63,008 bases of DNA from a bacterium (GTDB lineage: Bacteria; Patescibacteriota; Minisyncoccia; Phycocordibacterales; PALSA-1337): contig JANXZK010000008.1 in NCBI GenBank assembly GCA_025355565.1, positions 1-63,008 of the forward strand, given 5' to 3'. The translations under genes were made by a program, and so were the position numbers. The notes beneath the pieces are model-generated. The model had not been told where the DNA came from. It ran no database searches and worked only from the letters and a program-made list of their open reading frames with translations. This document shows positions 1 through 7,685 of the stretch, piece after piece (position 1 is the first letter of the stretch; each line of letters starts with the position of its first letter).

Positions 1-7
1 ACCCGAG

Positions 8-1106
8 TTCAACAATCAATTGCAACACTTGTATTAAGATATAAGTGTTATGCAAAAAATCAAAAAGAAGAAACTTCAAAAGCAAAGGCGCGAATTTAAT
101 CAGCTGACTCTGGAAGACAGGGTTAAAATTGAGATCAAGTACCGTGAAGGTTTGAGTCTTCGTGATATTGCAAAATATCTTGGAGGTGGTCGGACTGCCA
201 GTGCGGTATGTCGTGAGATCGGCAGTAGGCCCCGTAAGGGCGTAGGCAAATATCAAGCTCATATAAGTCATGCCAAAGCCCTGGAGCGTCGGTATGGAAA
301 GAAACCAGATCGACTCAAGGATGATTTCATACGAACGTATGTGAAAACGAAACTGAAAGATCTTCATTGGTCACCGGAACAGATCTCACTGCGTCTGCCG
401 ATAGATCATCCGGGATATGAAATATCGTATGAAGCCATATACCAATTCATCTACTCGCAAATCAGCCCAAGCGGGTATGGTAAGCTGAAGGATGGTTGTG
501 AAGACTTGCGTCCGTATCTGCCGAGACGCCACAAACGACGACAGACAAAGGGCTTTAGACAGGCACAGAAGACCTGGAGACCGGAATTGCCTTCGATTGA
601 GAACAGACCTGCAGTCGTCGACAGAAGAAAGCAGATCGGGCATTGGGAGGATGACACGATGGTATCGAGACAAAGCACTGAACGATTGAAGACGATCAAC
701 GAGAGGGTCTCTGGAGTCGTATTGATCGGCAAGATGAGAGACGGCACGATCTCTGAATCAAACAGAGTCGTTAATGAAAGACTCGGAAAGATACCCGAAC
801 ATATTCGAAAGACGCTTACTCGGGACAGGGGTACAGAAAATTTCGGACATGAAGAGCTTCAAAAAGATCTGAATATTTCCTGCTACTTTGCCCATGCTTA
901 CTGTTCACAAGAAAGGGGTTCGAATGAGAATTTGAATGGACTCATACGACGATTCTTTCCAAAGAAAACTGACTTTTCAAAGGTTACAGATGAGCAAATT
1001 AACCGGGCTGAATTCCTTTTGAATTCAAGGCCGAGGAAGCGACATGGCGGGAAAACCCCGCTTGAAGTATTATTAGCACGTACTGGTGTTGCAATTACTT
1101 ATTGAA
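8..1106 (+). mobile_element. IS30-family insertion sequence (ends approximate, close to window edge)
   Basis: Single IS30-type transposase ORF flanked by ~21-bp imperfect inverted repeats (8-28 vs reverse complement of 1086-1106). The core AATTGCAACAC at 18-28 matches GTGTTGCAATT at 1086-1096 perfectly. The right repeat overlaps the stop codon. Confidence 0.6.
50..1105 (+). CDS. IS30-family DDE transposase
   Basis: 351 aa. N-terminal HTH (LSLRDIAKYLG), HWSPEQIS region, and DDE-type core (HWEDDT, TRDRGTEN, ERGSNENLNGLIRRFFPK) typical of IS30 transposases. Confidence 0.9.
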   Translation: MQKIKKKKLQKQRREFNQLTLEDRVKIEIKYREGLSLRDIAKYLGGGRTASAVCREIGSRPRKGVGKYQAHISHAKALERRYGKKPDRLKDDFIRTYVKTKLKDLHWSPEQISLRLPIDHPGYEISYEAIYQFIYSQISPSGYGKLKDGCEDLRPYLPRRHKRRQTKGFRQAQKTWRPELPSIENRPAVVDRRKQIGHWEDDTMVSRQSTERLKTINERVSGVVLIGKMRDGTISESNRVVNERLGKIPEHIRKTLTRDRGTENFGHEELQKDLNISCYFAHAYCSQERGSNENLNGLIRRFFPKKTDFSKVTDEQINRAEFLLNSRPRKRHGGKTPLEVLLARTGVAITY

Positions 1107-1252
1107 TTCAGCAAATCATGCAAATAGAATATTTTCCCTATTTCTGGCAATTGTATTTATTGTCATTTAAACTACTATACCCATCACGATAAATATATTA
1201 CTAATTCCCACTTTAAATATTTTCTGATAATGGTATATAATCAGCATATCAT

Positions 1253-2965
1253 ATGGAAATCACTCCAATATCAATAATCATATGGATTTCAGCCATTCTC
1301 ATCGTCAGTCTTGACATAGTCATTATTATAGGAAGCAAAAATCTTTCATCAAGGTTATTCGCATTGCTAACACTCATAACTGCCATCTGGGTCATAACCC
1401 AAGGGATACTAATATCTTCAATTGATATAACATTAAGTATTGCGCTACTTCGACTACAGTATATTCTTGGCATAACAATAGCAATAGGATTTCTTCATTT
1501 TTCTTATGTATACCCACACGATATTAAACCATCAAAAAAATCACTCGCAATATCGACATCAATCTTGCTGATCTTCACATATCTATATCTATTTACAAAT
1601 ACCTTATTGGTCGACGCATATCGAATACAAAGCCTAGGAAATTGGGCATGGACATTTGGTCCATATAGCATAATTTTTGATCTTATTTTTTGCATACTTT
1701 GGATAACATCCCTAGTCAGGATATATCAAACCTATGTTAAAACAACGGGAGAGATTCACAAAAATCTCAAGAATATGTTTTTTACACTTTTCCTTGGTAT
1801 TATTCCCCCAACATTAGCAAACATTGTTTTGCCATCGATCGGAGTATTTAGTTTCAATTGGACGGGACCAATAATGAGTACTGTTTGGATATTTATTATT
1901 GGTTATTCGATCGCCAAATACAGACAAATGGGCGTGAAAGTTGCAATTACCAAGGTATTCGTGATAGCTATGGTTATGATGGCCCTCCTTAACATTTTTG
2001 TCGATCTTATTTTCGGTATATATAGTCGCATCGCATTATTCATCGCATTCGCTATTCTTGGATATTTTCTATTCAAATCTTTAACAAAGGAATCATCGCA
2101 ACGCGAACTTCTCACCTCCCTCAACTCCACCCTCTCCGAAAAGGTTGCTGAACAGACCACAGAGATCCGCAAGGCTTATGAATTGGAGAAACATGCACGC
2201 CGAGAATTGGAAAAGCTCAATGAAACCAAAGACCAATTCATCATGATCACCCAACATCATCTGCGATCACCAGTTACGAATATTCGCTCCGAACTCGAGG
2301 CTATGCAGAACGGCACTTATGGAAAGCTCGATGCCGGACAGAGTCAGGCGATCACGAAGACGAATGCATCCGTCAGTCGACTGACTCGCATCGTTGACGA
2401 TTTCTTGAATATATCCACCCTCAAGGTCGGTTCGCAGATATTGGATATCAAAACCGGCAACATGAAACCTATACTTATCGAAGTCCTCGATGAATTGCGC
2501 ATAGACATCGAGCGGTCACATCTATCCGTCAAATATCCCGAAAGCACTGCTGATTGGCCTCACATCGAGATCGACGCTAGCAAGATGCATGAAGCCCTAC
2601 TCATCGTGATCGACAACGCCGTCAAATACAATGTAGATGGCGGTTCTATCGTGATCAGCACTCGTACAGAAGACAATTCGGTCGAGAATCACACGGACAA
2701 CAGTCGCGTCTTCGAGATGATCATAGAGAATACCGGCATCGGTCTCATCGCCGAAGATCGGGAGAAGCTCTTTACCAGGCACTTCTACCGCAGTAAACGA
2801 GCGCAATCTGCCAATCCCATAGGCATGGGCATAGGACTTTCCGTGGCTCGTGCAGTCGTCCGTGCTCATCATGGAACATTGGAGATCGAGTCGGATGGTG
2901 AAGGAAAAGGCGCGAGGGTGAGGTTTAGGCTTCCCAGATTCGCTCAACAATTGACGATTGTATAA
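1253..2965 (+). CDS. membrane-bound sensor histidine kinase
   Basis: 570 aa. Polytopic hydrophobic N-terminus of ~280 aa, coiled-coil linker, HisKA H-box (ITQHHLRSPVT), and HATPase_c boxes (DNAVKYN, GIGLSVARAVV). Confidence 0.9.
   Translation: MEITPISIIIWISAILIVSLDIVIIIGSKNLSSRLFALLTLITAIWVITQGILISSIDITLSIALLRLQYILGITIAIGFLHFSYVYPHDIKPSKKSLAISTSILLIFTYLYLFTNTLLVDAYRIQSLGNWAWTFGPYSIIFDLIFCILWITSLVRIYQTYVKTTGEIHKNLKNMFFTLFLGIIPPTLANIVLPSIGVFSFNWTGPIMSTVWIFIIGYSIAKYRQMGVKVAITKVFVIAMVMMALLNIFVDLIFGIYSRIALFIAFAILGYFLFKSLTKESSQRELLTSLNSTLSEKVAEQTTEIRKAYELEKHARRELEKLNETKDQFIMITQHHLRSPVTNIRSELEAMQNGTYGKLDAGQSQAITKTNASVSRLTRIVDDFLNISTLKVGSQILDIKTGNMKPILIEVLDELRIDIERSHLSVKYPESTADWPHIEIDASKMHEALLIVIDNAVKYNVDGGSIVISTRTEDNSVENHTDNSRVFEMIIENTGIGLIAEDREKLFTRHFYRSKRAQSANPIGMGIGLSVARAVVRAHHGTLEIESDGEGKGARVRFRLPRFAQQLTIV
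2898..2923. repeat. 26-bp direct repeat, copy 1 (inside the 3' end of the kinase gene)
   Basis: GTGAAGGAAAAGGCGCGAGGGTGAGG is identical to 6566-6591. Confidence 0.95.
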
Positions 2966-3929
2966 GCTCGACCGCAGAAATAACATCACTTATGTTCATA
3001 ACACTGGCTGCTCTGTGCTGATTTCTCACTGGAATATTAATGACCACGCCATTCTCGCCGCATAGATTCTTAAGAGAGGAAAAATTTGTATATCCGCTTC
3101 CTCCCGGAGGAATCTCGTCTTGAACGTTGATACTGGCTTCGCGTGCGATACGTTTTAGTGACTTTATATAACAGTTTTTGACTACAAATCCATCACCATG
3201 ATATTGAATAGCGCACCCGTTACCAAGTTCAGGAATGCATATTTTCTCAACGCATCTATCAAACAGTATTGGCTGTGCATACGCTGCATCAATCACAAAA
3301 CCAAAATTAAATTCACTTCCCATATCCCACATAGATGTTCTCGTTTCTTCCCCAACAGAAAATAAAAAAGTAAACTGAACGTCATTGAATTTACGACTAA
3401 TCACAAATTTTACAAGTTCAATCAAGACAGAACAACCCACCCTATTATCCAAAGCTGTGGCCATAACCGTTCCATCAGAAGCCATATCGAACGACCGTGC
3501 GAAGGACAGCGCTAGTAAATCGGTACCATTGATTTGGGGACTTGTCTCATAATCAAATACCAACTGACCGCCTTTAATATAGCCCGTCTCGTTACTTCCG
3601 ACAACAAAAACCTTAGCATTTTCGACACTTTCGATCCGCGAAAGGTGACCTAACGTCTTTAGTTCTGATTGCCCCGCTTGTTTTTTAGAATACTCAAAAC
3701 CGAACTCATCCATATGGGCTTCTAAAACGATCCTTTTTATTCCAGCCCTCTTTTCACCGACAACGGAAACAACATTACCGTATTTATCTATAAAAGTGTT
3801 TTTATTTATTTCCTTGACAATATTATAGATGTAGCCAGTAATACCGCTTTCAGATTCATATCCGGAAACTCCAGTCTGCATACACAATTGTTTCAAGCCG
3901 GACGCAAATTCGATTGTATTTGATTTCAT
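2925..3929 (-). CDS. M42-family metallo-aminopeptidase (FrvX/endoglucanase-like)
   Basis: 334 aa. EAHMDEFGF and LDNRVGC motifs and overall M42 layout. The 3' end overlaps the kinase 3' end by 41 nt (convergent). Confidence 0.85.
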   Translation of the reverse strand: MKSNTIEFASGLKQLCMQTGVSGYESESGITGYIYNIVKEINKNTFIDKYGNVVSVVGEKRAGIKRIVLEAHMDEFGFEYSKKQAGQSELKTLGHLSRIESVENAKVFVVGSNETGYIKGGQLVFDYETSPQINGTDLLALSFARSFDMASDGTVMATALDNRVGCSVLIELVKFVISRKFNDVQFTFLFSVGEETRTSMWDMGSEFNFGFVIDAAYAQPILFDRCVEKICIPELGNGCAIQYHGDGFVVKNCYIKSLKRIAREASINVQDEIPPGGSGYTNFSSLKNLCGENGVVINIPVRNQHRAASVMNISDVISAVELIQSSIVERIWEA

Positions 3930-3930
3930 A

Positions 3931-4080
3931 TTATTTTAAAAAATTGACGCCTTCGATAGGCGTCACGAGGAATTGGTAAACAGCATCGTCGCCTTTCAGG
4001 TGGTTACGACAGAATGGTGTTGGCTGAATAATCTCATACAATTTAAACTCATACCCGCAGTCTATCATACCAATCAACAT
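3931..4080 (-). CDS. hypothetical 49-aa protein (small ORF not in the track)
   Basis: ATG at 4080. The TAA at 3933-3931 lies one nt before the M42 ATG (TAAtATG). The sequence is protein-like: MLIGMIDCGYEFKLYEIIQPTPFCRNHLKGDDAVYQFLVTPIEGVNFLK. No Shine-Dalgarno seen. Confidence 0.3.
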   Translation of the reverse strand: MLIGMIDCGYEFKLYEIIQPTPFCRNHLKGDDAVYQFLVTPIEGVNFLK

Positions 4081-4086
4081 TTGTCC

Positions 4087-4130
4087 AAAAAATAAGTCCA
4101 GTAATTGTGCTCTCGCACAGCTACTGGACT
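4087..4130 (-). terminator. Rho-independent terminator
   Basis: On the minus strand, AGUCCAGUAGCUGUG / CACAAUUACUGGACU form a stem-loop followed by UAUUUUUU. Confidence 0.6.
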
Positions 4131-4142
4131 TTCGTTACAAAA

Positions 4143-4343
4143 CTACTGACTTCGTACAGGGTGAAGCAACCTCCGAAATCTTCTCTCCGTACGCTGATTA
4201 TTATGGCCGGAACAGGTCACATAATGATTACCGTCAGATCTGCATGCGACGATTACCGAGTGATGCCTATATGCCGCATAACCTGCAGCGTTCAAACTAG
4301 CCATATACTGTGGGCAGAAGTCGGGACAAATCAACCTGAACAT
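4143..4343 (-). CDS. hypothetical 66-aa Cys/His-rich basic protein (possible zinc-binding); alternatively a structured 3' UTR
   Basis: GGAGG (4357-4353) lies 9 nt upstream of the ATG at 4343. The stop is 12 nt before the terminator hairpin. Contains C-x3-C (CPDFC) and C-x9-C-SGH, plus an Arg-rich tail. The track ORF 4143..4415 is the same frame with an upstream extension. Confidence 0.4.
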   Translation of the reverse strand: MFRLICPDFCPQYMASLNAAGYAAYRHHSVIVACRSDGNHYVTCSGHNNQRTERRFRRLLHPVRSQ

Positions 4344-4371
4344 GCCTACGCGCCTCCTTCGGAATGTAACC

Positions 4372-5133
4372 TTAGATAGTCCGTAACTCGGCGACGGATT
4401 TCCTGGCCATGTCATCGGACAAGAGCTCCTCCAAATACTTGAAAGTCTCTTCAGGTGTTCCTTTGAACATCAAAACACCCGCCAACTTTTTTGCTTCTGG
4501 ATTAGTTAGTCCGCGATTTATCAATTCTGGGATGATTCCTGCCATACCCAAATGAGTGTACTTGTCCACGAAATCAATAGCACGTGGTACACGATTTCCA
4601 TCGGTAGATGGCTTACAAGCATACTCTGAGAGGCCTTTGATAATCCCACGGTGGTTGATACGGATTATGAACGTACGGAAACCTAACTCCGTGAGACCAT
4701 GCATCGCCATAGCAACAACTTCTGCATCAGCAGTAGGGTGAGCAACACCGACGGTATCCGCATCGCACTGTGTAAATTCGCGATGATGACCATTGCCCAC
4801 TGTGTCGTCTCGAAATGCAGACGATATCTGATAACGCTTGAACGGCCTGGGAATCCCCTGGTTCATGGCCAAGAATCTTGCCATGGGCACCGTAAGATCG
4901 TAACGCAGTACCAAAGGAGTCTTTCCCGAATCGGCAAAGCGAAATTGGATCTTCTCGCCGTCGCCGTGATGACCATCGAACACCTGTTCATGCTCGAATG
5001 TTGGAGTCTGCAAGGGTTCAGACCCGAACAACTCGTAGACCTCTCGTATTACGGAGAGGGTGTAGTCCCGACGCGCAAATTGATCACCATACAGATCACT
5101 GGTGCCGGACGGTATTGATAACGTTGATTTCAT
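4372..5133 (-). CDS. truncated histidyl-tRNA-synthetase paralog (HisZ-like; class II core motifs 1-2 only)
   Basis: 253 aa. LRYDLTVPMARF and FKRYQISSAFRDD...REFTQCDAD align with LRFDLTVPLARY and FRRYHIGKVYRGE...REFYQCDID of the adjacent HisRS. It has no GGRYD/motif-3 region and no anticodon-binding domain. The start overlaps the hisS stop (TAATG). Confidence 0.8.
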   Translation of the reverse strand: MKSTLSIPSGTSDLYGDQFARRDYTLSVIREVYELFGSEPLQTPTFEHEQVFDGHHGDGEKIQFRFADSGKTPLVLRYDLTVPMARFLAMNQGIPRPFKRYQISSAFRDDTVGNGHHREFTQCDADTVGVAHPTADAEVVAMAMHGLTELGFRTFIIRINHRGIIKGLSEYACKPSTDGNRVPRAIDFVDKYTHLGMAGIIPELINRGLTNPEAKKLAGVLMFKGTPEETFKYLEELLSDDMARKSVAELRTI

Positions 5134-6470
5134 TAATTACCTTCGCTTTCTATGAATGCAAGCAGATTCTCTGCTTTTACTTGTGTTTGTTTTCCAATTT
5201 TCATGTTTTTCACCGAACATTCTCCATTCCGAACCTCGTCCTCGCCTATGATAACGGCGAACGGTATTCCCAATTTGTTGGCATAGGCTATCTTATTCTT
5301 CATCCGAGCCTCTTCTAAATATATCTCGGTTGCTATCCCCGCCCCTCGCAACATTGTGGCTACAGAAAGGGGTAAAGTAAGATCGGACACAAACGGCACT
5401 ATCAACACCTTTGTCGGTGTCGACGAACATTGTTTGATAAGTCCGGCCTCATTTAGTTGATAAAACAACCGCGTAAGACCGATAGAGATGCCAACACCTG
5501 GCAACTTCTGATCCGTGTACTTCTCCGCCAGGTTATCATAGCGACCGCCAGAACAGACCGAACCGATTCCAGGGTACGCTGACAAGATAGTCTCATAAAC
5601 TGTTCCCGTGTAATAATCGAGTCCACGAGCAATCGATAGGTCGATGGCGTAATAACTATCTGGTACGCCAAGCTTCCCTACATTCGTAATCACCTGAGAC
5701 AACTCATCAACTCCCAGTAGGAACTGCTCGTTCTTGATATCCAACGACCTCAGGGATTGTATGATCACATCTGTCGCACCTGAGATTTGGAGAAACTGGA
5801 AGATCTTTTCAATAGTTTCTTTAGTTAGTCCAAGATCGGACATCATTACACTCACTGAGTTTTTCCCGACTTTGTCGATTTTGTCTATGATCCGCATGAC
5901 CTCGACTGACTTCTCTAGTGATATTGCTAACCCCTCAAGAAGCCCCTTCAAGATTTTACGGTTACTAATTCTGATCACAAACGGCCCAAAGTCAAGGCGA
6001 CTGAAGACGTTGTAGATGACACTGGGAATCTCAGCGTCGTTAACGAGGCTGAGGGTATCCCTGCCAATGATATCGATATCACACTGGTAAAATTCACGGA
6101 ATCGACCCTTCTGAGGGCTCTCACCACGATATACCTTACCGATGTGATACCGCCTGAATGGAAATGTTATCTCCCGCTCATGCTTACTCACATATCTCGC
6201 GAGTGGTACAGTAAGATCAAACCTCAGTGCGAGATCTGTGTCACCTTTTGTGAACCTGTAGATTTGCCGTTCTGTTTCGCCGCCTGCTTTGGCGAGCAAT
6301 ACTTCCGCGCGCTCTATGACGGGAGTATCCAAAGGCAAAAAACCGTATTGCTCATAAGTCTCCCTGATCACATTCTCCATGCGATTGAAAGCCATCTGCA
6401 GCGGAGGTAATAACTCCATAAAGCCGGGAAGTACCGTTGTATTCAATTTTTTTGTGCTCATATCGTTCAT
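5133..6470 (-). CDS. hisS: histidine--tRNA ligase
   Basis: 445 aa, full-length class IIa HisRS. Has motif 1, motif 2 (REFYQCDIDIIG), SGGRYDNL, and a C-terminal anticodon-binding domain. Confidence 0.95.
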   Translation of the reverse strand: MNDMSTKKLNTTVLPGFMELLPPLQMAFNRMENVIRETYEQYGFLPLDTPVIERAEVLLAKAGGETERQIYRFTKGDTDLALRFDLTVPLARYVSKHEREITFPFRRYHIGKVYRGESPQKGRFREFYQCDIDIIGRDTLSLVNDAEIPSVIYNVFSRLDFGPFVIRISNRKILKGLLEGLAISLEKSVEVMRIIDKIDKVGKNSVSVMMSDLGLTKETIEKIFQFLQISGATDVIIQSLRSLDIKNEQFLLGVDELSQVITNVGKLGVPDSYYAIDLSIARGLDYYTGTVYETILSAYPGIGSVCSGGRYDNLAEKYTDQKLPGVGISIGLTRLFYQLNEAGLIKQCSSTPTKVLIVPFVSDLTLPLSVATMLRGAGIATEIYLEEARMKNKIAYANKLGIPFAVIIGEDEVRNGECSVKNMKIGKQTQVKAENLLAFIESEGN

Positions 6471-6485
6471 TTTGTTTGATGTTTA

Positions 6486-6515
6486 TTTTTCGAAGACCTA
6501 AAGTGGTCTTCGAAA
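6486..6515. other. perfect 12-bp stem hairpin 16 nt upstream of the hisS start
   Basis: TTTTCGAAGACC-TAAAGT-GGTCTTCGAAAA. No U-tract follows on either strand, so it is not a classical terminator. It may be a leader structure. Confidence 0.4.
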
Positions 6516-6554
6516 AGAGTATAACATATCATACACAAAGCCAACTATGCATCG

Positions 6555-6611
6555 GTAATCTCGTAGTGAAGGAAAAGGCGCGAGGGTGAGGGTGAGATTG
6601 CGGTTCGCTTG
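6555..6611 (+). pseudogene. relic 3' end of a histidine-kinase gene
   Basis: Translates to ...SEGKGARVRVRLRFA*, paralogous to ...DGEGKGARVRFRLPRFAQ of the kinase at 1253..2965. Contains copy 2 of the 26-bp repeat (6566-6591). No upstream kinase ORF. Confidence 0.55.
6566..6591. repeat. 26-bp direct repeat, copy 2
   Basis: Identical to 2898-2923. Confidence 0.95.
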
Positions 6612-6901
6612 ACAAAAGATATTAATCATGCTAAAGTCGTCATACATGAGACCCCACGCAATACGGACCCTATGCGGCCAATTGCGGACGCAATCATCGA
6701 TACTGGCGACAAATTAGCAGCGTGGGTCGATAGCAAGATCCATCCGAAAGATAAAGATGATTGATGACTGGGGGGGTAGCTCGTCTCCCTCCCCATTTTT
6801 ACCACTATGACAGAAATCATACCGATGACATCCCCAACAATTCTAACCATTACTCTCATAATATGGGCTATTTTCATCGTGAAACTCATGGCCGATGCTT
6901 A

Positions 6902-6923
6902 AAGCTAGGGAACATAATTGACA
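6902..6923. repeat. 22-mer AAGCTAGGGAACATAATTGACA (inverted partner of 13606-13627)
   Basis: Exact reverse-complement match to 13606-13627. Ends with a consensus TTGACA hexamer. Confidence 0.9.
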
Positions 6924-6977
6924 GATGTTGATTGGCTCAAACCCTTCGCGGATCTTCCCTATCCTTCAATACACAAT

Positions 6978-7628
6978 TTATTCTGCTGTAGGTCTATCTG
7001 ATAAAAGTTTATTGAACTCTTCATATATTGGATCAAAACTGAACGATTTCTTGAAGAACTGTCTAAACTTGTCTTCTGCCTTGAATGTGGAGGACACTTT
7101 AATCAAATCCAACACTTTTTGTTTACCATACTTTTCGACTAGTATCTGGACAACGAAGCCCGCTTCGGAATAAACACCCTTACCCCCCTTATCGAAATAC
7201 TCTAGAAATTTCTTGAATTCAGTAGGTCTGGTATGCATCACATTTTGTCCGGATGTATAAATAGCAAGGCCTTCCCATAACCAATTCGGTTTAATATTTC
7301 CTCCTGCCAAAATGGACGAAAATGAGTGACTCATCTCATGCTTTATGAGCATTGCATATTCTTCATCACTATATTGTTTGTGATCACTTTCTTTTGAAAA
7401 CTTTGCCTTGTCTAAAACATATACGTTGTTATTCTCTGACCACCCTATTACCCAACTTTCTGTTTTCCTTCCAAACAAAGCGTCAATGTCTTTTCTGTCG
7501 TTTACAATAATCAATCTGGGCAGATTTCTAACCCAATGTATACCATAAAATTCATTGAGCTCTCTAAGAGCCGTGTTATAGACACTTTGAAGTTTCTTAT
7601 TGATTTCACTGTTTATTCTATAAATCAT
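6978..7628 (-). CDS. MA-clan (gluzincin, Peptidase_MA_2-like) zinc metallopeptidase
   Basis: HEMSH followed ~18 residues later by WLWEGLAIY (HExxH...E). The ATG at 7628 is preferred over the TTG at 7661 used by the track. Confidence 0.65.
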   Translation of the reverse strand: MIYRINSEINKKLQSVYNTALRELNEFYGIHWVRNLPRLIIVNDRKDIDALFGRKTESWVIGWSENNNVYVLDKAKFSKESDHKQYSDEEYAMLIKHEMSHSFSSILAGGNIKPNWLWEGLAIYTSGQNVMHTRPTEFKKFLEYFDKGGKGVYSEAGFVVQILVEKYGKQKVLDLIKVSSTFKAEDKFRQFFKKSFSFDPIYEEFNKLLSDRPTAE

Positions 7629-7685
7629 GTTCGATGGATTTGTATGTAAAAATATTAGCAATAAAATAGGGTGGGCACAACTTGG

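Noticed and set aside
386-747. Track ORFs 386..673(-), 451..747(-) and 492..689(+) inside the IS30 transposase
   Set aside because: These are shadow ORFs, antisense or out of frame to a clearly homologous transposase, with Arg/Ser/Cys-rich nonsense composition. The same reasoning applies to the many short ORFs nested in ligA (22562-24598), gatA, pilB, pilT, pilD, tyrS, the kinase and the giant ORF.
4120-4135. GAAAGUCC, the RNase P RNA CR-I-like motif (minus strand)
   Set aside because: It is simply the 5' arm of the terminator stem. No other RNase P conserved regions (ACAGNRA, GGUAA-GAGCGCACC etc.) are present nearby.
4150-4260. Possible TPP (THI-box) riboswitch: minus-strand CUGACG...GACCUGUUCCGG...CAGCGUACGGAGAG resembles CUGAGA...ACCUGAUCUGG...CCAGCGUAGGGAA
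   Set aside because: The P4/P5 helices cannot be formed because there is no complement for CCGG. The ACCC element is missing. The segment also lies inside a well-supported small coding frame, so the resemblance is likely fortuitous.
4107-4379. Plus-strand 90-aa ORF in the hisS-paralog/M42 spacer
   Set aside because: It has no SD and implausible composition. It is antisense to the better-supported minus-strand small ORF with a GGAGG and a terminator.
6626-6889. 87-aa minus-strand ORF, a 31-codon hydrophobic plus-strand micro-ORF (6807..6902) and a ~47-codon plus-strand frame (6609..6752)
   Set aside because: None has an SD or a recognisable motif. The 87-aa ORF has poor composition. The region is more simply the decayed remainder downstream of the kinase-gene relic. 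They are kept only as a note.
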